From assembly GCA_963845145.1 (NCBI GenBank), contig CAWJQU010000005.1, forward strand, positions 864,001-928,000: a DNA stretch of 64,000 bases, written 5' to 3'. Position 1 is the first letter of the stretch, and every line of letters starts with the position of its first letter. Origin of the DNA: an uncultured delta proteobacterium. GTDB taxonomy: Bacteria > Desulfobacterota > Desulfobacteria > Desulfobacterales > QNYZ01. The notes beneath the pieces are model-generated. The model searched no databases. It was not told the DNA's origin and saw only the letters and a program-made list of their open reading frames with translations. This document shows, piece by piece, positions 41,360 to 51,490 of the stretch. The position numbers were made by a program, and so were the translations under genes.

Positions 41360-41896
41360 TTAAATCCAAAATTCCGGATAGCGCCGTTTTTTAGAAATAT
41401 TGTTTATCAGAAGGGCGACCACAAGCATTATAAGCGCGCCAAGGCCTGCGGGCATAATGACGTACAGATATCCCAGACTGTGTATTTTTTCGCTCCCGAT
41501 AACCGCAATGAGCGCCGTGGCGCCACCTGGTGGGTGCAGGGTTTTGGTCGCATGCATTACAGCAATGGCCGTGGCGACTGCAATCGATGATGCCAGCCAC
41601 ATGTGACCGGGAAATAATTTGTAAGAACTGACACCGATGATGGCTGAAAGTATGTGCCCGCCTATGAGATTTCGCGGTTGCGCCAGGGGACTTTTAATGG
41701 CGCCGTAGACGAGTACCGCGGAAGCCCCGAATGACCCGATTATCATCACCAGATCGGTATCCGCCAAAAAATTATCGTGTGTATATGCGACAGCGAAGAT
41801 TCCCACAAACGCGCCTATCCAAGACCAGATAATTTCGGAAAGATTTACCGCCGGAGGACTCTTGGTCGTCCCTCTCATCTTATTAAAAAAATCCAC
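41360..41896 (-). CDS. HPP-family membrane protein
   Basis: SFGASAVL.YG...SPLAQPRN..GGH, TLHPPGGATAL. Confidence 0.93.
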   Translation of the reverse strand: MDFFNKMRGTTKSPPAVNLSEIIWSWIGAFVGIFAVAYTHDNFLADTDLVMIIGSFGASAVLVYGAIKSPLAQPRNLIGGHILSAIIGVSSYKLFPGHMWLASSIAVATAIAVMHATKTLHPPGGATALIAVIGSEKIHSLGYLYVIMPAGLGALIMLVVALLINNISKKRRYPEFWI

Positions 41897-41917
41897 GCCT
41901 TTATCGTATTGCCTCCC

Positions 41918-42556
41918 TTATCCACGATTATCTGTCTTGACGATTGGTACGCAAGATGATTGTACGATATCCGCCCTGGCGATAATCCCGATCAGTTTTC
42001 CATCCTTGTCAGTCACAGGTACTCGGTTGATTCCGTTCTCTGTCAGGATGCCGGAAATGGTTGAAACCGATGCATCTTTGTGCACGGTGATGGCGGGTGT
42101 TGTCATGATGTGGTCGGCATTTTTTCCACGGATGGAAACAGCGACGCATCCATCACTGCTCAAGCAGTGAGCCACAACTTCCATAAATGAGGTTTTATTT
42201 TGGCCACCCATGTGGAGAAGAAAATCCTTTTCAGAAATAATGCCAATCACCCTCTTTTTAGGATCAACCACTGGAACGCCCGAGATGCCATGGCTGGCCA
42301 TGATCCGTGCGACCTTTAATACGGGTGTGTCCGCCTGGACACAAATGACCTCTCCGGTCATTACATGACGAGCCGTCACCGTTTGTGACAACCTCTTGAT
42401 GGCATGTAAATAGGCGGTTTGATACAATGCCTTAAAATCACCAGGGGTAATATCCAAATATCCCTGTATGCTCTTCATGGCGTCCAGGATGTCGGTATCT
42501 GAAATGTCGGGTGGGTTTAACGAACAAAGATCTTTATCTTGAGAGATGTCATCCAT
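41918..42556 (-). CDS. CBS-domain protein
   Basis: Two CBS repeats (ISGVPVVD...GIISEKD; INRVPV.D..G.LIGII.R.D); N-terminal YLDIT..D typical of HPP-associated CBS proteins. Confidence 0.9.
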   Translation of the reverse strand: MDDISQDKDLCSLNPPDISDTDILDAMKSIQGYLDITPGDFKALYQTAYLHAIKRLSQTVTARHVMTGEVICVQADTPVLKVARIMASHGISGVPVVDPKKRVIGIISEKDFLLHMGGQNKTSFMEVVAHCLSSDGCVAVSIRGKNADHIMTTPAITVHKDASVSTISGILTENGINRVPVTDKDGKLIGIIARADIVQSSCVPIVKTDNRG

Positions 42557-42557
42557 T

Positions 42558-43106
42558 TCAAACTAACCCAGGAAGTGGCCCCAAGGCCTCTTTAAACAAT
42601 TGGGTTGCATTTAGTAGCCGCGTGTACATCATTGCCAGGCCGATGATCTCGGCCAGCGTCATCAAGGAATCGATGTCCTGGTCGGAAATATCCCAGGTTT
42701 GGTGGTGATACAATCGCAAAGCGCCCAAGGTGTCTCCATAAAAAAGCACGGGCATGGAAACAATCGCACCGATGCCTTCTTCTGCTGCTTCTTCCGGATA
42801 TTGCAGCAGATCGGTATCATTAACATCTCTGATGACTATGGAGTCTTCGGTCTGAACGCAGCCAATACTCTTGTCAAACACGACGGGTCCTTTGTTCAAG
42901 TACCGAATACTCATTCCGAAAGTCGCCAAAATTTCCAGCTCTTTGGTGTCGTGGTTAAGGGCAAACAGGGTGCAACCTTTCACTTCCAAAGCCCCAACCA
43001 GCAACTGCGTAAGACGATTGGCCATGATCCCCAGATCATCTGATTCGGCGATGGCCTTGGTTACCACTTTGAAAATATTGATGTCGATTTTGTTTTCGGA
43101 AGCCAT
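42558..43106 (-). CDS. GAF-domain protein
   Basis: LEILATFG.S..YL.KGP...QYPEEA..EGI.AIVS.P...GALRLY. Confidence 0.85.
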   Translation of the reverse strand: MASENKIDINIFKVVTKAIAESDDLGIMANRLTQLLVGALEVKGCTLFALNHDTKELEILATFGMSIRYLNKGPVVFDKSIGCVQTEDSIVIRDVNDTDLLQYPEEAAEEGIGAIVSMPVLFYGDTLGALRLYHHQTWDISDQDIDSLMTLAEIIGLAMMYTRLLNATQLFKEALGPLPGLV

Positions 43107-43213
43107 GTGTTACCTCCTTGTAAAGCGAAAATTGAGGGCATTACCCGTCAATAAGAAAATTGTCCAAATTTTGGTTGATTAAATCATTCATGCATTTTTA
43201 GATGGTTCTGTTT

Positions 43214-43678
43214 TCAAGTGACCACACAAACGGTGATATTCGTCAGGCCCGTCACAACTTTACTAAAAACGCGGCCGGTAAAAAAGTGCGTCGCTTTTTT
43301 GGTTTTATGGTTCATAACGATCACTGAAAAGTGCTCCGCTTTTGCAAGCCAGATTATCTCGGCCGCGACATCCTTTTTCCGCGGCAAGAACACCGCCTGA
43401 ACCTGGTGTTGCGAAAAACCCCCCTGAACCAGACTATCGGCTGCCTCTTGCAATGCCTTCTCCTGTTCCGATTTTAGCTGGGCGAGATAATTCAAGTTGC
43501 TTTTTAAGTTGGCCATGATCGTGGCCTCTTGGGGTTTGAGTTCCGGCAAAGGCGTGTACGCGGAAAAGAGCGTAATCTCAGCATCCGCATTGTGGGCGAA
43601 GGTATCAATCACAAATTCAAGGGACTTTTGGTCATAGGTTGTAAAATTGTAAGGCACTAAAATTTTAACATTTTTCAT
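43214..43678 (-). CDS. Universal-stress-protein-like protein
   Basis: KILVPY, DVAAEII..A......I, FFTG.V..KV; AGGAGG RBS. Confidence 0.75.
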   Translation of the reverse strand: MKNVKILVPYNFTTYDQKSLEFVIDTFAHNADAEITLFSAYTPLPELKPQEATIMANLKSNLNYLAQLKSEQEKALQEAADSLVQGGFSQHQVQAVFLPRKKDVAAEIIWLAKAEHFSVIVMNHKTKKATHFFTGRVFSKVVTGLTNITVCVVT

Positions 43679-44083
43679 ATCAACCTCCTTTGCTGATGAT
43701 GGTCACATGCGCGACGGCAGCTACAGATTTGGAAACCATTTACGGTCCGATCATGCCGTCAAATTAAAGTGAATCTTACGCCTGAGGTTAAGTGAAACGC
43801 CGTCTTGAGAGATACTACGGCCACCAGACAAAGTAATACCGACTTCAGCAAAAGTGTCGGTGAACGATCAACTTTGCGTTAGATGGCGTTTGGGATTTTT
43901 TATGAGAGAGATTCAATCGTTACCAATTATCGCCCAAATTAACATGAACAACAATTGACTGATTTCAATAGTTTCTTTTCAAAAGATAATACTACAATGT
44001 GGTAAATGTCAAGAAATATTTCCGTCGCCGAAAGGGGCTGGCCCGGGAAGAAAAAAGATCTGGTGCCGTTTTTATGGTAATGC

Positions 44084-44581
44084 TTAAAACTTTTTCTTCA
44101 TCTTTTCTATCCAGAATTTTTTCTCTTCCTCCCTCCAATTTGTACCGTGAAAACGCCTGTCATAGAACGCGCCCAGTCTGTCAAAAAACTTTTCCCATGT
44201 ACTTTTTTGCATCTCAAGCGCCATAAGGACATCTGTGACGAAAACATCAATATCGACCATCTTGTCCTTAGGTGCAAAATAGGCCGCCCCTTCTCTGGCA
44301 GATTTTTTAAGGCTCTCTTTCGATAACGAATTCGCCGTAAGCATGATTGCAGGGATCTTGTTCTCATTGGCTATTTTAAGCAGATCAAACCCCTTTACGC
44401 CCATGATATCTAGAATGGCAATATCGTAGAATTGGTTTTCCAGCAGCCGCTTCCCCTCTTCATAAGAAGAGGCCGTATCTATTTTACACATATGCAAGAG
44501 CTCAATTAATGATTCTATTACATCGGGCTCATCATCTACGATTAAAATGGCTTTACCCTTTAATATTTTATCCTTGCTCAC
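44084..44581 (-). CDS. Response regulator receiver protein
   Basis: ILIVDDEPD, AILDIMGVKG, MLTA, APK. Confidence 0.88.
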   Translation of the reverse strand: MSKDKILKGKAILIVDDEPDVIESLIELLHMCKIDTASSYEEGKRLLENQFYDIAILDIMGVKGFDLLKIANENKIPAIMLTANSLSKESLKKSAREGAAYFAPKDKMVDIDVFVTDVLMALEMQKSTWEKFFDRLGAFYDRRFHGTNWREEEKKFWIEKMKKKF

Positions 44582-44649
44582 TATTTTTATTCCCTTTGAT
44601 ACGGATTCGAAGGCTCTACAATAACAGGTATCGATAAAATAAAAAATAT

Positions 44650-45129
44650 TCAGATTTTGGTTGGGTTTACTTGACGGTTGCCCTCTTGTCCAGACACATT
44701 ATTTTTTTCTTCAGAACGGATGGCAAATTTAATTTGAAGGTAGGGCCTGTCAACACTGCGATGGATTATTGGACAATGTAAAAGACCTTTGGGAATAAAT
44801 ATCGCAGAGGTTTTTGAAAGCATATGCTTCTCATCCCCTAACTGCACTTCAAGTTCCGCGCCAAGCCGGGAAGGATGCTTCGGATCTGAGCCCACAAAGC
44901 ACAAAGCCATATCAAAGTTATGAGAATGTTGCCTATCAACAGGATCAGGATCAGGGATGGCAAAGTACCACCCGATATCGATGAGAATGGGGCAGCCCTT
45001 TACTAGGCTTGAGTTCATAAAGATTTCACTTGGGAAAGTAATACCCTTTATCCCCTCCGCGTGGGAATAACCGGTATCAACGACGATCGGATTGCTAATA
45101 ATGTACTTTCCATATTTACTATCAGCCAA
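44650..45129 (-). CDS. Cupin-fold hypothetical protein
   Basis: HSHNFD....F.GSDP...LG.E, FIPKGL.HCP; GGGAG RBS with TTG start. Confidence 0.7.
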   Translation of the reverse strand: MADSKYGKYIISNPIVVDTGYSHAEGIKGITFPSEIFMNSSLVKGCPILIDIGWYFAIPDPDPVDRQHSHNFDMALCFVGSDPKHPSRLGAELEVQLGDEKHMLSKTSAIFIPKGLLHCPIIHRSVDRPYLQIKFAIRSEEKNNVSGQEGNRQVNPTKI

Positions 45130-45307
45130 ATCTCAACGCTCCCTTTTTCATCATATTAATTTCAAATGACGGCCACTCCGACATTATTTAAAATGATCGT
45201 AACGGGATTCACTTGGTTTTGATGCCTGTTTTGATTCCCTGCTCGCAGGCGTACATTGTATATTTTTCGACGCCTGCGACCCGAATAGAACCTACCAATA
45301 AACCTTA

Positions 45308-46696
45308 TTAAACGTTGATATCGCTTAAGACTTCAAGCAGAATGTCGGAAGCCTTATTCAGATATTTCTTCGGAATGGTGAGGGGCGGCATAAACCTGAG
45401 TACATTTCCATTACGTCCACAGGGCACCATGATAACCCCCCTTCCCATCATTCCCATAATAACTTGCCCCATAAGATCAGCATCAAAAGGTTCCTTGGTT
45501 TTGGGGTCCTTGACGAGTTCAACGCCAATCATAAATCCCCGTCCACGAACATCACCAACACAGTCAATGTTCTTTGCGCCCTTTCGAATCCTGCGAATGG
45601 TTTGTTCACCCAGTTTTGCAACCCTGTTTACCAGTTCAAAATTATTTTCGGAAATAATATCGATGTTGGTCATACATACTGCTGCGGAAACGCCATTGGC
45701 GGCAAAGGTGTTTGGCTGTGATCCATCGACAATCTTTTGGGCCAGGTCTTTTCGAATGGAAAGCCCCGCCATGGGTACATCCCCGCCCAATCCTTTTCCA
45801 AAGGTCAGCATATCAGGCGCTACATCACTATGTTCAATCGCCCACATCTTTCCGGAACGTCCGGCTCCGGCTTGAACTTCATCAATAATTAAAAGCGCTC
45901 CGTGTTTTTCGCACGATGCTTTTAAGCTTTGGAAAAATTCAGGATTGGGAGCAAGATATCCGCCTTCACCTTGCTGAGCCTCGATAATAACAGCTCCCAC
46001 ATCGTCAGCGGCCGTGTAGGGAGTATTCAATAGATAGTCTACATAATCAGCACACATCTCTTCACACTTTTTCTGACTCTTCGTACCAAAGCAGCATCGA
46101 TACGCGTAAGGGTAGGGCGCATGAATCACGCCTGGAATGAAAGGGCCATAATCTTTCCGGTATTGATCTCCGGTGGTTAAAGAGCCACTACCGCAGTGAA
46201 CGCCATGATAGGCACCGTGAAAGGCAAGGATTTGAGACCTTTTGGTGATCTTGCGTACAAATTTGATGGCAGTTTCAACCGCACTGGATCCCGATTGGGT
46301 AAAATAAGTGATGCAGTTATTCCGCAAGCCCTTCGGCATGACACTCGATACTTTTTTGGCCAGCTCAAGGCGTAGTGAGCTACTGCAATCACTGGCGTGC
46401 ATTAGTTTTTGGGACTGCTTATGAATGGCCTCAACGACCCTGGGATGTCTTCTTCCGACGGAGTTTACCGCAACGCCTGCGGTGATATCGATATAGAGAT
46501 TTCCATCCGGATCTTTAACCGTTGATCCAAAACCGTCATCAAATACCATCGGAAACCGACCCGCCCCCCTGGCCATGGATTCAAATTTTGGGGCCTGCTT
46601 AAGTTGTTTTAAACTTTTAGGTCCGGGAACGGATTTCGTTATGATGCTTGGCGCATCCGGGAAGGACAATTTTTCTAAATCAGACTCTTTAATCAT
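45308..46696 (-). CDS. Class III PLP-dependent omega-aminotransferase (GabT/ornithine-AT-like), copy 2
   Basis: SGSSAVE.AIK, GAYHG, QGEGGY, DEVQAG.GR, TFGKGLGG (PLP Lys), GDVRGRG, LRFMPPL. Confidence 0.92.
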   Translation of the reverse strand: MIKESDLEKLSFPDAPSIITKSVPGPKSLKQLKQAPKFESMARGAGRFPMVFDDGFGSTVKDPDGNLYIDITAGVAVNSVGRRHPRVVEAIHKQSQKLMHASDCSSSLRLELAKKVSSVMPKGLRNNCITYFTQSGSSAVETAIKFVRKITKRSQILAFHGAYHGVHCGSGSLTTGDQYRKDYGPFIPGVIHAPYPYAYRCCFGTKSQKKCEEMCADYVDYLLNTPYTAADDVGAVIIEAQQGEGGYLAPNPEFFQSLKASCEKHGALLIIDEVQAGAGRSGKMWAIEHSDVAPDMLTFGKGLGGDVPMAGLSIRKDLAQKIVDGSQPNTFAANGVSAAVCMTNIDIISENNFELVNRVAKLGEQTIRRIRKGAKNIDCVGDVRGRGFMIGVELVKDPKTKEPFDADLMGQVIMGMMGRGVIMVPCGRNGNVLRFMPPLTIPKKYLNKASDILLEVLSDINV

Positions 46697-46736
46697 AAGA
46701 ATTCTCCATTAAACACGATTTAATGATAATTATAAG

Positions 46737-48038
46737 TTACATCATTCTATCCGGCAGCCATAAAGCCAGTTGTGGAAAAAATAAAACGAGGATGAGGACG
46801 ATTAACTGCATGATCACAAAAGGAGGAACCGACCGCCAGATGTTCCGGGTCGAAATTTCTGCCGGAGCAACGCCTTTCATCATGATCAATGCCCATCCAA
46901 AAGGTGGTGTCAGATAAGCCACCTGCATATTGAGGATAAAAATAATGGAAAACCAAATAGGGTCAAAACCAAGTACAATGGCAATGGGAACAAATATTGG
47001 GGCACAGACCGTCACAACGGCGTAATCATCCATAAACATGCCCAGGACGAGGAGAATCAGCTGCATGGCCACTAAAACAATCCATCGGTTTATCTCTAGG
47101 CCGCTGATTAAATCGGTTACAAGTGATTGGGCGCCCTGACTTGTATAAAAAACACTAAACAATGTTGCCCCAATAAGAATCCAAAATACCATCCCACTAA
47201 TGGACATGGTTTGACGGCATGATTCCCACATCACTTTCCAGGACATTTTTTTTAAACCGATACAGATAAAAAAAGCGCCTGTGGCGCCGACTCCGGCTGC
47301 CTCAGTGGGTGTGGCGATGCCGAAAAAGATAGAACCCAGCACCAGGACAATCAGCAATGCGGGAAGTAAAATATCTTTCAAAGATGAGATTCGATGCTTC
47401 CAGGTGATCTCTTCTTTTAAGTGCGGCGCAAATCCAGGCTGTACATGGCACCTGATCAAAATATACATCATATATGAAAATGCCGTGATCAAACCGGGAA
47501 TAACGCCGGCCAGAAAGAGTTTTCCGATTGATATTCGCGCAATATAAGCAAAAATTATCATGATGATGCTGGGGGGTATGATTTCTCCCAAAACACCGCC
47601 TGCCATCACAGAACCTAGAGCCAGGGATTTATTATAGGATTGTTTCAACATGGCAGGTACCGCAATGAGCCCCATGGTTAAAATCCCGGGCCCAAACCCA
47701 CCACACATGGCCAGCGCCACGCAAACCCCAATTGAAACGATGGCCAACCCGCCCCTGATCCCTGACAACCAATACCCGAGGGCTCTGAACATCCGATCAG
47801 AGATACCTGAATGAAGCAGAAAATTACCCATAAGCAAGAACAAAGGGATTGTAATAAGGTTCGGGTCTGTTATCTGCTTGTAAGTGGTGGTGGCAACGAT
47901 AAATAAAGTGGTTGAACCCTCCAGAAGATATGTCAAAAGAACAGTAATCCCACCCAGCGCAAATGCTACGGGAACGCCAAGGATCAAGAGGACCATCAGC
48001 CCACCAAACAACAACAGGGTGACTATTTCAATACTCAT
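46737..48038 (-). CDS. dctM: TRAP transporter large permease
   Basis: IPLFLLMG, GGVLG.IIPPS, GIATPTEAA, LTPPFG. Confidence 0.93.
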   Translation of the reverse strand: MSIEIVTLLLFGGLMVLLILGVPVAFALGGITVLLTYLLEGSTTLFIVATTTYKQITDPNLITIPLFLLMGNFLLHSGISDRMFRALGYWLSGIRGGLAIVSIGVCVALAMCGGFGPGILTMGLIAVPAMLKQSYNKSLALGSVMAGGVLGEIIPPSIIMIIFAYIARISIGKLFLAGVIPGLITAFSYMMYILIRCHVQPGFAPHLKEEITWKHRISSLKDILLPALLIVLVLGSIFFGIATPTEAAGVGATGAFFICIGLKKMSWKVMWESCRQTMSISGMVFWILIGATLFSVFYTSQGAQSLVTDLISGLEINRWIVLVAMQLILLVLGMFMDDYAVVTVCAPIFVPIAIVLGFDPIWFSIIFILNMQVAYLTPPFGWALIMMKGVAPAEISTRNIWRSVPPFVIMQLIVLILVLFFPQLALWLPDRMM

Positions 48039-48081
48039 AGGATATTATCTGCTAAAAGGGTGGGATTTAAGTATATATGGG

Positions 48082-48573
48082 CTATTCGTCTTTATCCTTT
48101 GAAAGGATATAAACGCCCTCCAGAAAAAACAAAACCGCTGCTACGGGAATCAATAATTTTAACGGATACAAAGGAATCCTGAATGCACCATGAGCTGTCT
48201 CTTTTGCCAGCCACGAATTTTGTCCCATCCAGGCTCCCTGCCAGATCAATACCCCCATAAAACAAATAAATGATAGGATTCCGACCATACTCGCGATTTG
48301 CTTTACCTTTTTTGAAAACAAGTTATGAAAAACCTCTATACGAATATGGGCATCTTTTGACATGGCATAAATCCCCGCACAAAGGATATACACACCAAAA
48401 ATTTGTCTACTTAACGGCCAAACCCAGATGGTCGGCCGATTAAATACATACCTTAATACGACTTCAATGGTCGTGAAGAACATAATAACAACAATCAGAA
48501 TACTTACGCCATCTCCAATCCTACCACTTATCCTGTCAATAAGATTAAAAAATGACTTTATCCTTTTAATCAT
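48082..48573 (-). CDS. dctQ: TRAP transporter small permease
   Basis: Four TMs; EVVLRYVFN.PT.W, HIRIE. Confidence 0.9.
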   Translation of the reverse strand: MIKRIKSFFNLIDRISGRIGDGVSILIVVIMFFTTIEVVLRYVFNRPTIWVWPLSRQIFGVYILCAGIYAMSKDAHIRIEVFHNLFSKKVKQIASMVGILSFICFMGVLIWQGAWMGQNSWLAKETAHGAFRIPLYPLKLLIPVAAVLFFLEGVYILSKDKDE

Positions 48574-48591
48574 CAGCGGAGTCCTTTTATA

Positions 48592-48635
48592 AAGGCTTGC
48601 AACCCAAGGCGGGTATTGTACTGGGTGCAAGCCTT
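48592..48635 (-). other. Intergenic stem-loop after dctP (mRNA stabiliser or partial terminator)
   Basis: AAGGCTTGCA...TGCAAGCCTT inverted repeat, extended by ACCCA/TGGGT. Confidence 0.5.
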
Positions 48636-48658
48636 ATTATGACCATAGGACAAGGGTG

Positions 48659-49711
48659 CTATTTAACACCTCTCCATTCTTTTATCATCTTGATTGCTTT
48701 TGCCGAGGCCTCGTCTCTTTTTGCAACTTCATCCCAAATTTCATGGGCGATCTTTTTATGCTTTTCGACGGCAGCCGCATCTACAACGCTCTCTTTTAGC
48801 GTACCGGCCTTTACCATTTTTTCTGCATTTACAAATTCTTCCCCATAGCCTTTTACAGTAGCAGACCAGTAGTTCTTGGCAGCCTTTTCAAGGGCTTTTT
48901 GCAAACTATCAGGAAGTTCTTTCCAGGACTTGTCGTTGATGAGCATGTGCCCGATGACATGATCATTATCTCCCGCTTTAACCCAGTAGGGCGCCACTTC
49001 ATGCCATTTAAGACCCGATATGGCACTGATATCCCATTGACTGGCGTCAAGCGTACCTAATTTTAAAGCCATATAGGCTTCGCCACCAGATACATATGTC
49101 CCTCGTGCACCTATGTTGTTATGGAATTGCGTATATATACCTTCATCCCTGATCTTTACCCCTTTCCAGTCATCATAGGTAACGAGCGGCTTTGTGGAAA
49201 GGACGAACGGCCCACCATAGGTGTGCATATCCAACCAATGAAGACCATGTTTTCCATATTCTCCCCTTAACAGGTCGACAAATCCTTTTTCATAGTAGAA
49301 ATTACGGATGATCTCTGCCTTGGCCTCAAAAGTATCCGCTTCATTTATGGTATATGCAAAGGGAATTCCAAATTCAATCTCTCCAACAGGAACAACCCCC
49401 CCCCAAAAAGCGCCCATACAATGCAGGATGTCAAGCAAACCTTTTTGCGTTGATTCAAATAATTGTTCCAGCGGCACAATTTCGGCATCTGCAAAAACAG
49501 TTATTAGAAGTTTTCCATCGCTGAATTTTTTAACATCTGCAGCAAATCCCTTTAACAATTCAAAGGAGAGGTCGCCATGGGGGTAACCAGATTGAAGCTT
49601 CCACCTATAGACTTTGTCGGAAGCAAATGAAGAACCAATCGTCAGGATACTACAAAAAAAGAACGCCACCAAAATTATTGATAGGGTGTTAATCATTCTA
49701 CTTTTTTTCAT
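48659..49711 (-). CDS. dctP: TRAP transporter substrate-binding protein
   Basis: Signal peptide; WKLQS, S.GKL.I.VF....IV, G.KIR, E.YMAL..GTLDA. Confidence 0.9.
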   Translation of the reverse strand: MKKSRMINTLSIILVAFFFCSILTIGSSFASDKVYRWKLQSGYPHGDLSFELLKGFAADVKKFSDGKLLITVFADAEIVPLEQLFESTQKGLLDILHCMGAFWGGVVPVGEIEFGIPFAYTINEADTFEAKAEIIRNFYYEKGFVDLLRGEYGKHGLHWLDMHTYGGPFVLSTKPLVTYDDWKGVKIRDEGIYTQFHNNIGARGTYVSGGEAYMALKLGTLDASQWDISAISGLKWHEVAPYWVKAGDNDHVIGHMLINDKSWKELPDSLQKALEKAAKNYWSATVKGYGEEFVNAEKMVKAGTLKESVVDAAAVEKHKKIAHEIWDEVAKRDEASAKAIKMIKEWRGVK

Positions 49712-49790
49712 TTTATCCTCCTCGTAAAAGTTTACAAAACAAAAAAGAATATCAAACACTTTTCACATTTTGAATAGGACACTTACCTAT

Positions 49791-50036
49791 TCACCCCCCA
49801 TAAACCGGGGAAAAAAAACTGATAACCATTCCATCTGCAAGACAGGTATCAGATGATATAGCCTGGCAATCCTGGCTGATAAGGCCGATTTGAGAAAGCG
49901 GCAGTCGTAATTGTTTCAATATATCCACCGGTGTCGCACCATCAGCCGCATCCACAACGATTCCCTTTTTATGGTTGTAATCAGGCACTTTTAAGCTTAA
50001 CGTACCAAAAAGCCGGATGGTCAATCGTATGGTCAT
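49791..50036 (-). CDS. MoaD/ThiS-family sulfur carrier
   Basis: Ubiquitin-like, C-terminal FSPVYGG; adjacent to AOR. Confidence 0.85.
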   Translation of the reverse strand: MTIRLTIRLFGTLSLKVPDYNHKKGIVVDAADGATPVDILKQLRLPLSQIGLISQDCQAISSDTCLADGMVISFFSPVYGG

Positions 50037-50039
50037 TAC

Positions 50040-51458
50040 CTAAGCCATGGTCCAGTTAAGACTATATCTTGCCATATCAATGGTTTCCAAAACATCTGAA
50101 ATAATCTCAATCCCTTTGTCAACAAGGGCTTTGGATATTACAAGTGGCGGTATCACCCTTAAGATATTGTCATAGCGCCCGCATGGTAGCACATAAACGC
50201 CATTGTCTCTGAGCAACCATACTGCACGAACAACCTCGGCCATGGATAAAGGCTTTTTTGTTTTTTTATCGCTAACCAGCTCCAGGGCTATTCCCCAGCC
50301 TAATCCGCGGACATCACCGATGACTTCGCGCTGCCCGGCTAGATCTTTAAATCTGCCCATGGCATAGCCACCCATTTCCCGCGTGCGTTCAAGTAACCCA
50401 TTTTGAATTAACTCGATGTTTTTACAGGCCACGGCACAGGACATGGAGTTTCCAGCCGCTGTAAGAACATGGCTGAACGGTTCAAGGTCCCGGACCAAAT
50501 CTGACCGACATAACACGGCACTAAACGGCAGATCACCACCCAGTGCCTTTCCCATGGTAATGATGTCCGGCTCCACCTCGTATTGTTCCACTGAAAACAT
50601 GGTTCCCGTACGCCCCATTCCCATTTGCACTTCATCATCGATCACAAGAATTCCCAGGCGTTTGCACAAATTGTAAATATATTCCATCCACCCTGGCGGT
50701 GGCGGTACATACCCCCCCTCACCCTGCATGGGCTCAAGAATGAGAGCGGCCACATTATTCACATCGATGCCGCCATAAGGATCCGTCAGCTGAAATTCTA
50801 CATATTTTGCACACTGCAGGTCACACTCCGGGTGGGTTAAATCGTAGGGACAGCGGTAGCAATAGGGATAAGGCCCCAATCGTTCGACAAATGGCATAAA
50901 GGGCCGGTACTTGCTGCGGAAAGTTGGCGAAGTAGTTAAAGAAAGAGTGGTTCCAATCGAACCGTGATAAGCGCCTTGAAATGCAAGAATGATGGATTTG
51001 CCGGTTGATGCCCGGGCGTATTTTATGGCAATTTCATTGGCAGAGCTCCCGCTCAATCCATATGCCATTTTTACATTTCCTTTGAGGTTGCCCGGTGCCA
51101 TTTCGGATAACATTTCACCAAGCCTTTGGCGATTTTTGCACGTACCGTCGGGAGTATGCATAAGGCGGCCACATTCGTTCTTGATCACCTCAACAATCTC
51201 AGGATGAGAATGGCCGACGTTATTAACAGCCACACCAGATGACAGATCAATAAACACATTGCCGTCCGGATCTTTAAAGGTTGCGCCAAAGGCTTCTTCC
51301 CATGCCAAAGGGATACCAATAGGAGCGATCCTGGTTGGCGACTCATTGGCCAGTTCTTTTTGCAGAAGCGCCCCTGTCTTAGGCCCGGGAATCTGTGCTG
51401 TCACAATTTTAGGGGCATCTGGATACGACAATTTTTCATAATATTCTTCAGAAGCCAT
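50040..51458 (-). CDS. Class III PLP-dependent omega-aminotransferase, copy 1
   Basis: SGSSANE.AIK, GAYHG, EPMQGEGGY, DEVQMG.GRTG, TMGKALGG, GDVRGLG. Confidence 0.92.
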   Translation of the reverse strand: MASEEYYEKLSYPDAPKIVTAQIPGPKTGALLQKELANESPTRIAPIGIPLAWEEAFGATFKDPDGNVFIDLSSGVAVNNVGHSHPEIVEVIKNECGRLMHTPDGTCKNRQRLGEMLSEMAPGNLKGNVKMAYGLSGSSANEIAIKYARASTGKSIILAFQGAYHGSIGTTLSLTTSPTFRSKYRPFMPFVERLGPYPYCYRCPYDLTHPECDLQCAKYVEFQLTDPYGGIDVNNVAALILEPMQGEGGYVPPPPGWMEYIYNLCKRLGILVIDDEVQMGMGRTGTMFSVEQYEVEPDIITMGKALGGDLPFSAVLCRSDLVRDLEPFSHVLTAAGNSMSCAVACKNIELIQNGLLERTREMGGYAMGRFKDLAGQREVIGDVRGLGWGIALELVSDKKTKKPLSMAEVVRAVWLLRDNGVYVLPCGRYDNILRVIPPLVISKALVDKGIEIISDVLETIDMARYSLNWTMA

Positions 51459-51490
51459 ACTTCTCCTCCTTCTATCATTTATGGATAAAT

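Noticed and set aside
43690..43990. c-di-GMP/cGAMP (GEMM) riboswitch or small ORF in the long intergenic region
   Set aside because: Only an isolated ACGCAAAG-like word is present, without the GEMM P1/P2 architecture, and there is no credible ORF.
45308..51458. PLP amino-acid racemases or epimerases of the class III fold
   Set aside because: Both proteins have QGEGG (Glu, transaminase-type) rather than the QGDAG Asp of the racemase subgroup.
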